DNA from: Acutalibacteraceae bacterium
GTDB lineage: Bacteria > Bacillota > Clostridia > Oscillospirales > Acutalibacteraceae
Direction: 5' to 3'
Assembly: GCA_045660525.1 (NCBI GenBank)
Contig: JAZRDY010000205.1
Location: 1 to 63,385 of the forward strand
Length of the DNA: 63,385 bases
Below the pieces are notes generated by a model that did not search any database, was not told the origin of the DNA, and worked only from the letters and a program-made list of their open reading frames with translations. Shown here piece after piece: positions 1 through 9,141 of the stretch (within the stretch, counting starts at the first letter, position 1; each line of letters opens with the position of its first letter). The translations under genes and the position numbers were made by a program.

Positions 1-1419
1 GCACAGGATGAAAGCCGTAAGACCTCTATCCGTGTAAAAAGCGGTCAGCAGACCTCAATGGAAAACGGTACCTTCTACGGTAACGGAAACATTTTAGGCT
101 ACAGAAGACATCAGGAGCTTCTGCCCGATAATAAGAAAAAGGTTGATTTCTTCATCGACCCTGAACAGGCAGAAACGGTTAAGCTCATTTATGAAATGTA
201 TCTTGCGGGTCACGGTATGAAAAAAATAAAAGATGAGCTTGAACGCCAAGGTCGTAAAACAGCAACGGGTAAAAGCAGATGGTACGAAACTGTAATCGGT
301 CATGTGCTGAAAAATTCTTTTTATTGCGGTATCATAACCTACCATAAAGAGTTTACGCCTGATTATCTTACACAGAAAAAGATAAAGAATTACGGCGACA
401 TTGAATTAGTACAGGTGAAAGGCAGACACGAGCCTATAATATCAGAAGAAGACTTTGAAAGGGTGCAATTAATTATGGCAAGTAAAACAGCAAAGCTCAA
501 AAATCTCAACACAGGCAGAAGAACAGAAACAGGCAAAAGACCGAGAACAACAGTATGGGGAAAGCTCCTTGTTTGTGAATGCGATCATAAATTCAACACA
601 AGACTTTGGGACAGAGATGACCGACAGAGAAGCTACGGATATCAGTGTTACAGTTCTGTTCGGACAGGCTCTTATGAAAGCAGAAAAAAGAGAGGACTAC
701 CTCTTGAGGGTATATGCCGAACACCGATGATACCCGAATGGAAGCTGCAGCTTATGGCAAATCACATTTTCAGAAACTACCTTGCCGACAAAGAAAAGGT
801 GTTAGCTCTTGCTAATTCAATGCTTGAGGCTCATATCAATGACACTGACGAAATCATTGATTATTCCAAAATTATTGAGGAGAAGAAACAGGAGCTTGAA
901 AAGCTTACAAGGAAGATTGATAATTATATTGAAATGAGAGCAGAGGGCGAAATCAGTAAAGAGCAGTTCACAGCCAAAACGGCAGATACCAAAGCTGCAA
1001 TATCAAAGCTCAAGGCTGAGATAAGTGAAATGGAAGCCATTACAGGAGAACAGACAGAGGTAGTGCCGGATTATAAGGAAAAACTGACGGTTCTTCAGTA
1101 CGCTCTTGAGCAATATACCAAGGCAGATGACAATGACATTCCCGAAAGTGTTATTGAAGCCTTTGTTGTGAAGATTGTGGCTAAACAGGACGGCTATGAT
1201 TGGTATCTCCGCTTTGACGGCGACCCGAATGGCCCGCTTCACCTGAAAACTGAAGGAAAAAGGAGAAAAACCACCTCTGTTGTGTCAGAAAGTGCTGTTT
1301 CTCCAACCAAGGTTGATAGCACCACAGGCAGCTATTGCAAACAAATAAGCTTATTGCTTAATGCATTTAATCCCCATCGAGAAATCGGTGGGGATTTTTG
1401 TGATGAAAATCCCTCCTGA
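1..1419 (+). CDS. Large serine recombinase, C-terminal part (5' end off-window)
   Basis: Frame 1 is open from base 1. It has a recombinase-domain and zinc-ribbon-like Cys cluster (CECDHKF...CYSSVR) and a long coiled-coil tail (EEKKQELEKLTRKIDNYIEMRAEGEISKEQF), typical of large serine recombinases. The catalytic resolvase domain is not in the window. Confidence 0.8.
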   Translation, partial: AQDESRKTSIRVKSGQQTSMENGTFYGNGNILGYRRHQELLPDNKKKVDFFIDPEQAETVKLIYEMYLAGHGMKKIKDELERQGRKTATGKSRWYETVIGHVLKNSFYCGIITYHKEFTPDYLTQKKIKNYGDIELVQVKGRHEPIISEEDFERVQLIMASKTAKLKNLNTGRRTETGKRPRTTVWGKLLVCECDHKFNTRLWDRDDRQRSYGYQCYSSVRTGSYESRKKRGLPLEGICRTPMIPEWKLQLMANHIFRNYLADKEKVLALANSMLEAHINDTDEIIDYSKIIEEKKQELEKLTRKIDNYIEMRAEGEISKEQFTAKTADTKAAISKLKAEISEMEAITGEQTEVVPDYKEKLTVLQYALEQYTKADDNDIPESVIEAFVVKIVAKQDGYDWYLRFDGDPNGPLHLKTEGKRRKTTSVVSESAVSPTKVDSTTGSYCKQISLLLNAFNPHREIGGDFCDENPS

Positions 1420-1422
1420 CAT

Positions 1423-1643
1423 TACGCCGATATCTCATAAGGAAGTATTTCTTTAAAAAGTGAACTAACATCACAATAATGCGTTATTTAGCTTTTTAAA
1501 GTGCTTCGCAGTTTCGTAAGAACTGAAAATTCCTTGTGTTGAAGCCATAAAACGCAGCAAGGCTGTCGCCTTGCGAGACTTTTGGCAAAAATACAGGGGA
1601 TTGTGTTCGAGAAACAAATACTTCCTTATGAGACTTCGGCGTA
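1423..1643. repeat. 28-bp inverted-repeat pair with a 165-bp spacer, directly 3' of the recombinase gene
   Basis: TACGCCGA-TA-TCTCATAAGGAAGTATTT at 1423-1450 is reverse-complemented at 1616-1643, matching 26 of 28 positions. Confidence 0.85.
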
Positions 1644-1698
1644 GAGGTCGGAGGGATGTAAACTTTGTTATTGAAATTCAATTGCTCTTTGTGACAGT

Positions 1699-2517
1699 TC
1701 AGATATTGTTTTGTTTGTTGCCGAGCTGATAGAATGCCACTGCGGAAGCGGCGGCAACATTCAGAGAATCTACGCCGTGATACATTGGTATTTTAACAGT
1801 GAAATCGCAATCGGATATAGTTCTGTCGGAAAGGCCGTCGCCTTCGGTTCCCATAATAACGGCAAGTTTCGGTTCGGCTGTCAACTTGGGATCGTTGATA
1901 GAAAATGAGTTATCTTTTAGTGCCATAGCTACAGTTTTAAAACCGAGGGCTTTTATTTCATCAAGACTGTCATCGGTTAAAAATGTCCATTCCATCTGAA
2001 ATACGGTGCCCATACTGACTCTTGCAGCTCGTCTGTACAGAGGATCGGAACAGCCGGGAGTAAGTATTACTGCATCCATTCCGAGTGCGGCCGCAGAACG
2101 GATTATGGCGCCTACATTGGTAGGGTTCATAACTTTGTCCAATACAACTATGCGCTGTTTATCTTTGCAGATTTCTTTCGCGTCAGGCAGCGGCTTTCGT
2201 TTCATTGCGCACAGCATACCTCGGGTCAGCTTGAAGCCTGTCAGCTGTGTCAGAATGTCAAACTCTGCACAAAAAACAGGAGTGTCTTTTATTCTATCGA
2301 GAATTGGTTTGCCTTCACCCTCTATATGCCTTTTGTCCATAAGGCACGAGACAGGCTCGTATCCTGCATCGAGAGCTCTTTCGATAACCTTAGGACTTTC
2401 CGCTATAAACAAGCCTTTTTCGGGAAACTCTCTGTTTAACAGTTGGTTTTCCGTTAACCGTGCATATATGTCCAGTTCGGGCGAAAGGAAGTCTGTTATT
2501 TCAGTAATTTTGTTCAT
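1699..2517 (-). CDS. TrmH/SpoU family RNA 2'-O-methyltransferase
   Basis: SpoU-type motifs are present: NPTNVGAIIRSAAALG, IMGTEGDGLS and SLNVAAASAVAFY. An SD (GGAGAA) lies upstream of the ATG. Confidence 0.85.
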   Translation of the reverse strand: MNKITEITDFLSPELDIYARLTENQLLNREFPEKGLFIAESPKVIERALDAGYEPVSCLMDKRHIEGEGKPILDRIKDTPVFCAEFDILTQLTGFKLTRGMLCAMKRKPLPDAKEICKDKQRIVVLDKVMNPTNVGAIIRSAAALGMDAVILTPGCSDPLYRRAARVSMGTVFQMEWTFLTDDSLDEIKALGFKTVAMALKDNSFSINDPKLTAEPKLAVIMGTEGDGLSDRTISDCDFTVKIPMYHGVDSLNVAAASAVAFYQLGNKQNNI

Positions 2518-2536
2518 GGTATTCTCCGATTTAATG

Positions 2537-3307
2537 TTATAGCTCTACGGGTTTACAGATTTCAGGAACGATGAACTCGATGTCAGGGTGATTCTTTTTT
2601 GTCATTTTTTCAAGTCTTTTTACACTGACTGTTCGTGTTACGGGCGGGAATGCATTGTCGAAATGATCAACGAAAATTTTTTTTGGTTTGTAACGGTCTA
2701 TAAAAGCTTTTGTTTTTTCGGGTACGAAAACACTGCCGCCGTTAGCGAGAATCAAAACATCGATATCGTCGGGATATACCTCGCCAGGATATTCTCGGAA
2801 AGAGCCCGTAAGGAAAATCTTTTTGCCTTCGGCTTCGATTTCATAGGCAACTATTTCACCGCCTTCAGGCATTTTACGATTCATAGAAGCCTGCCACAAC
2901 AGTCGGCGGAACATAGTGAGACTTTGGGGTACCACTGTAAGAATATAAACGGGATCAAAAACGATATGTCTGAATTTGCGGGGGCGAATGGTGAATTTTC
3001 CGATCTTGATTATATCATCAGGCTTGATTGTTTTAAATCTATCCTCGGATACACCGCACCCGATGAGAGTTTTTTTAGGTGTTTCGGTGCAGTAAACGGG
3101 AACCGTTTTATCTTTTTCAGCAAGTTCGGGGATGCTGTATATATGGTCGAAATGTCCGTGGGTGACAAAAACCGCATCAAAACCTACAAAACCCTCGATA
3201 GGGGTGGTGTCTATGCGTTTGTTCATTCGAACGAAGGGATCAAAAATCAATTTAGTTTCTCCATCATCAAGTCCGATAGTTGCTGTTCCGTACCAGGTAA
3301 TCTTCAT
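2537..3307 (-). CDS. MBL-fold metallo-hydrolase
   Basis: The HGHFDH metal-binding motif is near the N-terminus, and an SD (GGAGAGG) lies upstream. Confidence 0.8.
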   Translation of the reverse strand: MKITWYGTATIGLDDGETKLIFDPFVRMNKRIDTTPIEGFVGFDAVFVTHGHFDHIYSIPELAEKDKTVPVYCTETPKKTLIGCGVSEDRFKTIKPDDIIKIGKFTIRPRKFRHIVFDPVYILTVVPQSLTMFRRLLWQASMNRKMPEGGEIVAYEIEAEGKKIFLTGSFREYPGEVYPDDIDVLILANGGSVFVPEKTKAFIDRYKPKKIFVDHFDNAFPPVTRTVSVKRLEKMTKKNHPDIEFIVPEICKPVEL

Positions 3308-3415
3308 GCTTTTTACATCCTCTCCAAATAACTTTCAGGAAATACAGAGTATTTCTTATACTTTTATTATATATCCTGATTGTTAAAAAGTAAAGAAGCC
3401 AAAAGTCATATAAGG

Positions 3416-3444
3416 TTGATTTTACTTGCGATTTATGATACAAT
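3416..3444 (+). promoter_or_regulatory. Sigma-A-type promoter
   Basis: TTGATT, a 17-nt spacer, then TACAAT, about 30 nt upstream of the 3475 start. Confidence 0.55.
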
Positions 3445-3474
3445 TATCAAATAAAATACAAGGAGGATGACAAT

Positions 3475-5115
3475 ATGAAAAAAATAATCACAACAGTTCT
3501 TGTTATTGTTCTTATGTTCACTATGGTTACACCTGCATTTGCCGCAAACATAAGCGGTTGGGGCAGTCAGATTCCCATTGTTGAAATTTCAGGTGACGGT
3601 GAACCTCTTTATGATGGCGAGGGCAATCAGATTTTCAAAACTACCGATATTCTTTCGGGTTTAGGCGGCGGTGAAGAGGGCGAAGGTAATAATGAGCTCG
3701 TGAAGTCTGTGGCAAATGTTCTTGTACCTTTTGTTGTTGAGGGTGTTTTATTTGATGAGTGGGACGGCTACTACGAAAATCTCTATCTTGAGCTCAGTGA
3801 GCTTTTTAAGGCTTCGCATCTCAATAAAGACGGTACAGCACCCGAAGGCTCCGGACTCTCAGATGAAAGAAAAGCCGAAGTGGCAGCAAGAGTGGCAACC
3901 GATTTCAAAAAAGAAAGAGGCTGGTACGGCGACATAGATTATAAGTTCTTTTACGATTGGAGACTTGATCCTTGGGCTGTGGCTGAGGAGTTTCACAATC
4001 ATATAGAAAAGGTTAAGAAAACAACAGGTTCAAAAAAAGTCGCTATTATGGCTAAATGTCTCGGTACAAACGTTGTGCTTGCTTATGTTGCAAGATACGG
4101 AACAGACAGCATTTACGGCCTTGGCTTTGACGGCGGTACCGTTAACGGAATGGAACCGCTCAGTGATGCAATCAGCGGCAAGTTCGGTGTTGACGGAAAT
4201 GCAATTTCTCGTATACTCACAGACTGCAATTTCTATAACATTATGGATATAAGTCCGTTTATCATTCAGACTGTGGATATGGTAACTAAAACAGGTGTGC
4301 TTGACAGAGTTGTAGGCTTTACGGAGGAAATGCTTTATGCTAAATTGGTTGAGGGTATGACTTCAGCTCTTGCCCGTGCAACTGTTATGACCTGGCCGAG
4401 CTATTGGGCTGCTGTTACCGCTGAGGATTACGAAACAGCTATTAATTACGTTTTCGGTGATGAAAATGACCCCAAGAGAACAGAATATGCGGGTCTCATT
4501 GAAAAGCTTGATAATTATAACGATAATGTACGTCAGAGAATACCTAAGCTTCTTATGCAGGTTAAAAACAGTGGTGCAAACGTTGCCTTTATAGCTAAAT
4601 ACGGCTCACAGATGATTCCTACAAGCGAATCGGCAAAGCTCGTTGCAGACCAGTTTGTTTCTGTACACAGAGCATCCTTCGGTGCTACCACTTCTACTGT
4701 TTATGACACACTTTCAGATGATTACATTGCTGCCAGGAACGCAGCGGGTAAGGGAAAATATATTTCACCCGATAAGCAGATAGATGCTTCAACCTGTCTT
4801 TTCCCCGATTACACTTGGTTTATAAAAGGCAATAAGCATTCAAACTGGAGCTGGTGGGAAAACGATCTGATTTACACAGTTGTAACCGCTGACAGACAGC
4901 TTTCGATTGAAGATTTTGATTGCTCGCAGTTTGTGGTTTACAGACAAGACGGCAACTGGGCAGATAAGATGACAACTGAAAATTGTGATACTGAACAGTG
5001 GCTTGCAGAAGAAAAGCTCGACAAGCCTACAGATAAATACGGCAAGATTTTCGTTGCGGTGTCAAGCTTCCTGACATGGCTTATAAATCTTTTCAAATTG
5101 ATATTTAATAAGTGA
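3475..5115 (+). CDS. Secreted lipase/LCAT-like alpha/beta-hydrolase-fold protein with a C-terminal hydrophobic anchor
   Basis: The product has a signal peptide (MKKIITTVLVIVLMFTMVTPAFA). It carries the FFYDWRLDP motif typical of the LCAT/lipase family. The nucleophile-elbow-like segment reads IMAKCLGTN. An AAGGAGG SD lies upstream. Confidence 0.55.
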   Translation: MKKIITTVLVIVLMFTMVTPAFAANISGWGSQIPIVEISGDGEPLYDGEGNQIFKTTDILSGLGGGEEGEGNNELVKSVANVLVPFVVEGVLFDEWDGYYENLYLELSELFKASHLNKDGTAPEGSGLSDERKAEVAARVATDFKKERGWYGDIDYKFFYDWRLDPWAVAEEFHNHIEKVKKTTGSKKVAIMAKCLGTNVVLAYVARYGTDSIYGLGFDGGTVNGMEPLSDAISGKFGVDGNAISRILTDCNFYNIMDISPFIIQTVDMVTKTGVLDRVVGFTEEMLYAKLVEGMTSALARATVMTWPSYWAAVTAEDYETAINYVFGDENDPKRTEYAGLIEKLDNYNDNVRQRIPKLLMQVKNSGANVAFIAKYGSQMIPTSESAKLVADQFVSVHRASFGATTSTVYDTLSDDYIAARNAAGKGKYISPDKQIDASTCLFPDYTWFIKGNKHSNWSWWENDLIYTVVTADRQLSIEDFDCSQFVVYRQDGNWADKMTTENCDTEQWLAEEKLDKPTDKYGKIFVAVSSFLTWLINLFKLIFNK

Positions 5116-5127
5116 TAACTTTATACC

Positions 5128-5161
5128 AACCCCCGTCTAGAACAGACGGGGGGTTAATTTT
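5128..5161 (+). terminator. Intrinsic terminator
   Basis: CCCCCGTCT, loop AGAAC, AGACGGGGG hairpin followed by a T-rich tail. Confidence 0.8.
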
Positions 5162-5182
5162 TGAAAAAACTCAGCATATCTA

Positions 5183-5210
5183 TTGCAAAAATCATACTTT
5201 TTGGTAAAAT
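5183..5210 (+). promoter_or_regulatory. Sigma-A-type promoter with extended -10
   Basis: TTGCAA, a 16-nt spacer, then TGgTAAAAT. This argues against the TTG 5161 start in the ORF track. Confidence 0.55.
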
Positions 5211-5247
5211 AATAACTATAGTTCAAAACCATAGAAGGAGAGAAAAT

Positions 5248-6648
5248 ATGGATAAATTTTTTAAAATCACTGAACGCGGTTCAAATGTGAAAACAGAAAT
5301 TATTGCAGGTCTTACAACTTTCTTTGCAATGGCTTACATTATTGTTGTAAATCCTAATCAGCTTGTCGGCTTCAGCTTTGGTGTGCCCGGTGTTGACAAA
5401 ATCTGGAATGCGGTTTATATAGCATCAATTGTTGCGGCCGTATTCGGTACGCTTCTTTATGCTTTCTATGCTAAACTGCCCTTTGCTCAGGCTTGCGGTA
5501 TGGGCCTTAACTCGTTTTTCTTCACTTCGTTTGTGCTGCCTCAGATTATCAGCGGCGGTGATGTAATAAAGGGTTATCAGGCAGGTCTTGTTATTATATT
5601 TATTTCGGGTCTTGTTTTTATGATTTTGTCTGTGACAGGTGTGCGAAGCTATATTGCAAAGGCAATGCCCGACTGTATCAAAAAAGCAATTCCTGCGGGT
5701 ATCGGTTTGTTTATTGCTTTCATCGGCTTTCAGAATGTGGGTATCATTCAGGATAATCAGTATACACTGGTTCAGTTTGTAAAAATCAACGGTGCTTCAT
5801 GGAGTGATATTGCCCCTGCTATTGTTGCGCTTCTCGGTTTTGTTCTTATTGCTATACTTACAAAGCTCAACGTTAAGGGCGCGGTACTTCTCGGTATTCT
5901 TGCAACGACAGTTATTTATTATCTTGCAACCTGGCAGGTGCCTAATCTTGATATGAGTTCAGTTGCTCAGCCCTTCAAGGATTTCGCAGAAATAGGCATT
6001 ACAGGTATATTCAAGGCTGAGTCCTGGAAGAATGCATTCTCAGGTGAAATCATCGGCAGTGTATTTTCGGTAATTATGCTTATCGTTACATTCTGCCTTG
6101 TTGATATGTTTGACACAATAGGAACTCTTTACGGTGCGGCATCAGAAGCTGATATGCTTGATGAAAACGGTGACCCTGTTGATATTGACAAATCAATGAC
6201 TTGCGACTCTCTTGCTACTCTTGGCGGTTCAATCTGCGGTACATCAACGGTAACAACTTTCGTTGAATGTGCATCGGGTGTTGCGGCAGGCGGAAGAACA
6301 GGATTTGCCAGTGTTATAACAGCTGTTTGTTTTGCGGTATGCCTTTTTCTGTCACCTCTTGCGAGTATTATTCCTGCGGCAGCAACGGCTCCGGCGCTTA
6401 TCTTTGTCGGTGTGCTTATGCTTAAAAACTTCTCTAAGGTTGATATGGAAGATATGAGAAGTGCAGTGCCTGCATTCCTTACACTTGTTATGATGCCTCT
6501 TACCTATTCAATTGCCAACGGTATCGGCATCGGTGCAATGGCTTATGTTCTTATCACTGTATTCTCAGGTAAATTTACCAAAAAAGATATTGCAGTTACA
6601 ATTATCGCGATTCTCTTTGCGTGCAAGTTTGTTTTCGGCACTATGTAA
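5248..6648 (+). CDS. NCS2 family purine (adenine/guanine/hypoxanthine) permease
   Basis: The N-terminus MDKFFKITERGSNVKTEIIAGLTTFFAMAYIIVVNP is typical of AzgA/PbuG-type permeases, and the protein is multi-TM. The ATG at 5248 has an AGGAG SD. Confidence 0.85.
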   Translation: MDKFFKITERGSNVKTEIIAGLTTFFAMAYIIVVNPNQLVGFSFGVPGVDKIWNAVYIASIVAAVFGTLLYAFYAKLPFAQACGMGLNSFFFTSFVLPQIISGGDVIKGYQAGLVIIFISGLVFMILSVTGVRSYIAKAMPDCIKKAIPAGIGLFIAFIGFQNVGIIQDNQYTLVQFVKINGASWSDIAPAIVALLGFVLIAILTKLNVKGAVLLGILATTVIYYLATWQVPNLDMSSVAQPFKDFAEIGITGIFKAESWKNAFSGEIIGSVFSVIMLIVTFCLVDMFDTIGTLYGAASEADMLDENGDPVDIDKSMTCDSLATLGGSICGTSTVTTFVECASGVAAGGRTGFASVITAVCFAVCLFLSPLASIIPAAATAPALIFVGVLMLKNFSKVDMEDMRSAVPAFLTLVMMPLTYSIANGIGIGAMAYVLITVFSGKFTKKDIAVTIIAILFACKFVFGTM

Positions 6649-6752
6649 TCAAAAAAAGGTTATCCCCATCGGCAAACGGTGGGGATTTTGTATTTACAAC
6701 AGAAAGAAAATAATGTAAAATAGTATGACCATAAAAGAAAGGCGGGGAGACT

Positions 6753-7274
6753 ATGATACTGATTATATCGCAGATTATCGGACTTGCGGCAGTAGGTCTG
6801 TATCTTCTGAGTTATCAGCTGAAAAAACGGAAACAGATTGTCTGGGCTACTTGCATTTCCAATGCTTTTTATGTTTTGCAGTATGTATTACTCGGTGCAT
6901 TTTCGGGAGCGATTATGGATTTGCTTTCGGCTGCAGGCTCTTTCTTTGCGGGGAAGAAGCATTCGGCGCTTTTGAAAAAATACACCAAGTGGATTGCGGC
7001 AGCTAATCTCATTGTTATTGCGGGGGCGGGTCTTATAATTGCTGTAATGCAGCGCGACCCTATTGAACTTCTGCCTATTGCAGGTGCACTCTTTCAAACG
7101 GGTGGTCTTTGGTGCGAGAATGAGCAGACTATCCGCAAGTTCGGTTTGTGCGGTGCACCGTTCTGGCTCGTGTATAATTTTATTTCGCAGGCTTACGGAG
7201 CAGCTGTCGGCTCAGTGCTTATTATTGTGTCGGCGGTTACTGCCATGATAAGATACAGAGAAAAGAATGATTAA
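6753..7274 (+). CDS. YgjV-like inner membrane protein
   Basis: 173 aa and polytopic, with a GGGGAG SD. The family assignment is from memory of YgjV-like sequences. Confidence 0.5.
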   Translation: MILIISQIIGLAAVGLYLLSYQLKKRKQIVWATCISNAFYVLQYVLLGAFSGAIMDLLSAAGSFFAGKKHSALLKKYTKWIAAANLIVIAGAGLIIAVMQRDPIELLPIAGALFQTGGLWCENEQTIRKFGLCGAPFWLVYNFISQAYGAAVGSVLIIVSAVTAMIRYREKND

Positions 7275-7276
7275 AT

Positions 7277-7311
7277 AAAAAAGCCCACCGATTTATTCGG
7301 TGGGTTAAATT
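7277..7311. terminator. Bidirectional intrinsic terminator between convergent genes
   Basis: CCCACCG, loop ATTTATT, CGGTGGG, flanked by an A-run and a T-run. Confidence 0.75.
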
Positions 7312-7509
7312 TTAGTGTTCGCCGTAGTGTGTTACGCCGTCTTCGTGAACGTGATATTCCTGAGTTGTAGTGGTATCCTCATAATAGTGAGTTGAACCGT
7401 CTTCGTGCACGTGATAGCCGGGGTCAGTAGGACTTGTTTTACTGAGAATAACAGCAACGATAGCGAGAATTGCCACAACGATTGCGACGGGAATAAATAT
7501 TTTTTTCAT
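7312..7509 (-). CDS. Small membrane-anchored His-rich repeat protein
   Basis: 65 aa with an N-terminal TM helix. The motif YHVHEDG(S/V)THY occurs twice. A strong CGGAGGAA SD lies upstream. Confidence 0.65.
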   Translation of the reverse strand: MKKIFIPVAIVVAILAIVAVILSKTSPTDPGYHVHEDGSTHYYEDTTTTQEYHVHEDGVTHYGEH

Positions 7510-7616
7510 AATATTTCCTCCGTTTTCTCTTTTTGTGATTTTAACATTGTTTCATCTGGAAGTCAACTGCTTAATATTGGCTTGTAGCACATCTGAGCTC
7601 TGCCCAAGGTGAACAT

Positions 7617-8210
7617 TCAGACTTTAACAGCGGTTTTATCGGTGGCAACTAATTTGGTGAAATTGATGATAAACAAGAAAATTTCAAGAAGTGCAACGGG
7701 TACCATTTCCATCAGTGCGCTTTTGCCGATAAAGATAAATATGAAAAGGAAAGAGCCGAAAATGCCGAGCATACATAAGAAAAGTATACCGAAGCTCTTG
7801 TGCTTTTTACGGTTGACGAAAAAGTAAATTGCAAGTGAGCCCAGCAGGAAAATGATAAACATACCTGTTGCAACCCAGTGAGCAATTCTTTTGGGATTCC
7901 AGGAGTCAATGCTGTGTCCCAGGGTCAGAGCAACGAGAGCTACACTTATTAAAGAAAGAATGCCGAGTATGTCGTAAAGCTTGTGTTTGAAAGAAAATCT
8001 GCTGAAGAAATACTGTGAGTTGATGACGATGCTGCCTGAAGTAAGCAGACCCCATATCCAGAAATACAGTTTGCGGTCTTCACAGAGAAGTGACAATGTT
8101 CCGAGCTCGGACATCGGATTATTGCCCCAACAGAAGGGTAAAACAAGACCGTAAATAAATGCTGCAACCAACCAAAAAATACAAATGGGTTTTGATAAAA
8201 TTTTTTTCAT
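7617..8210 (-). CDS. Polytopic membrane protein, unknown function
   Basis: 197 aa with about six hydrophobic helices and a GGAGG SD. Confidence 0.6.
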   Translation of the reverse strand: MKKILSKPICIFWLVAAFIYGLVLPFCWGNNPMSELGTLSLLCEDRKLYFWIWGLLTSGSIVINSQYFFSRFSFKHKLYDILGILSLISVALVALTLGHSIDSWNPKRIAHWVATGMFIIFLLGSLAIYFFVNRKKHKSFGILFLCMLGIFGSFLFIFIFIGKSALMEMVPVALLEIFLFIINFTKLVATDKTAVKV

Positions 8211-8307
8211 TTAATATTCCTCCTATATTAACGTCTTTGATAGTATAGCATATTATTGTGTTAAAATAAATTCATTTAAGAAAAAAACAGATTTAAAGAA
8301 CAGATTT

Positions 8308-8997
8308 TATGTTGAAATAGTAGGTCTTATAGCAAAACTTGATAATTACTACAATACCGTAAGCACGAAGAAGCTTGATATTATTAAAAAGTGTCAGGCG
8401 GCGGGCGTGCATTTCGGTGCAACGGGTAAATACGGCTATCAGCTTTATCCTTTTGTAAAGAGTCAGAATGAGCTTGGCGATCAGTTTGTTGATCTTGAGC
8501 ATTCATCATTTGGTGCAACCTGTGCAGCGAATGTTAATTCAATACTTTCAGATGAATATATCAGCACCCACGACAGTAAATATATTTCACCTGATAAGAT
8601 GGTAGATGCTTCAACAAGTATTTTTAAAGACAGTCTTTGGATAATGAAAAATCTTTCACACGACAATACAACTTTAGATTATGAACTCATTGAGGTGTTC
8701 TGCAGAAACACCGGATTTACTGTTGATTCAGATCCGAGATTTCCTCAGTATATGATTCTTCTTCCTGATACAATGGAAAGAGATCCTGAAACAGGTGCTC
8801 TCGATAACAGCACAGGTACTATCGTACCTATGACAGACGAAAACTGTCATCTTACACTCTGGGATGAAATTCCTGAAGATGCAAAGGAAGAGCCTACAAT
8901 CGCTTCAAGAATTGTGGCGTTCTTCCGTTGGCCCACCGCTATGATCAAGTTTATTCTTAATATTTCAGACGAGCATCCCGGTGAAGCTCCCGTATAA
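8308..8997 (+). pseudogene. 5'-truncated paralogue of the 3475-5115 lipase-like gene (C-terminal third only)
   Basis: The frame is open from 8215. From about 8308 the translation VEIVGLIAKLDNYYNTV...DQFVDLEHSSFGAT...KYISPDKMVDASTSIF aligns with residues about 335 onward of the 546-aa protein (YAGLIEKLDNYNDNV...DQFVSVHRASFGAT...KYISPDKQIDASTCLF). The N-terminal signal peptide and hydrolase core are absent. Confidence 0.7.
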
Positions 8998-9011
8998 TAA
9001 AAAACAATCCG

Positions 9012-9045
9012 TCAGCGTACCTTTAAAGGTGCGCTGATTTTTTTT
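9012..9045 (+). terminator. Intrinsic terminator
   Basis: TCAGCGTACCTTT pairs with AAAGGTGCGCTGA, followed by a T8 run. Confidence 0.8.
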
Positions 9046-9106
9046 GTGTAGCACCGCAGATAAAAAGGCAATGACATAGCAGCGGATAAAAAATCTGATA
9101 TTTCTA

Positions 9107-9135
9107 TTGACAAAACTGCTTCTTTGCTTTAAAAT
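9107..9135 (+). promoter_or_regulatory. Sigma-A-type promoter of the T-box leader
   Basis: TTGACA, a 17-nt spacer, then TAAAAT. Confidence 0.7.
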
Positions 9136-9141
9136 GGTAAC

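Noticed and set aside
2006-3331. Long plus-strand ORFs (2006-2542 and 2588-3331) of 178 and 247 aa.
   Set aside because: They lie entirely antisense to the well-supported TrmH and MBL-fold genes. They have no SD and a low-complexity, Ser/Phe/Cys-rich composition typical of shadow ORFs.
5161-5247. The upstream TTG start for the NCS2 permease, and similar upstream starts at 14616, 22323, 24502, 35992, 37173, 48196, 59215 and 61188.
   Set aside because: In each case an internal ATG preceded by a good SD gives the expected signal peptide or family N-terminus. Several of the extensions overlap promoter hexamers or terminators.
1369-6690. Two hairpins share ATCCCCATCG...CGGTGGGGATTTT (1369-1399 and 6661-6690). 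I considered them as a dispersed REP-like repeat.
   Set aside because: There are only two copies. The second sits where an ordinary intrinsic terminator is expected, right after the 6648 stop. The first lies within the last codons of the recombinase ORF, and I could not show it is anything more than a terminator-like hairpin. The similarity is limited to a short GC stem.
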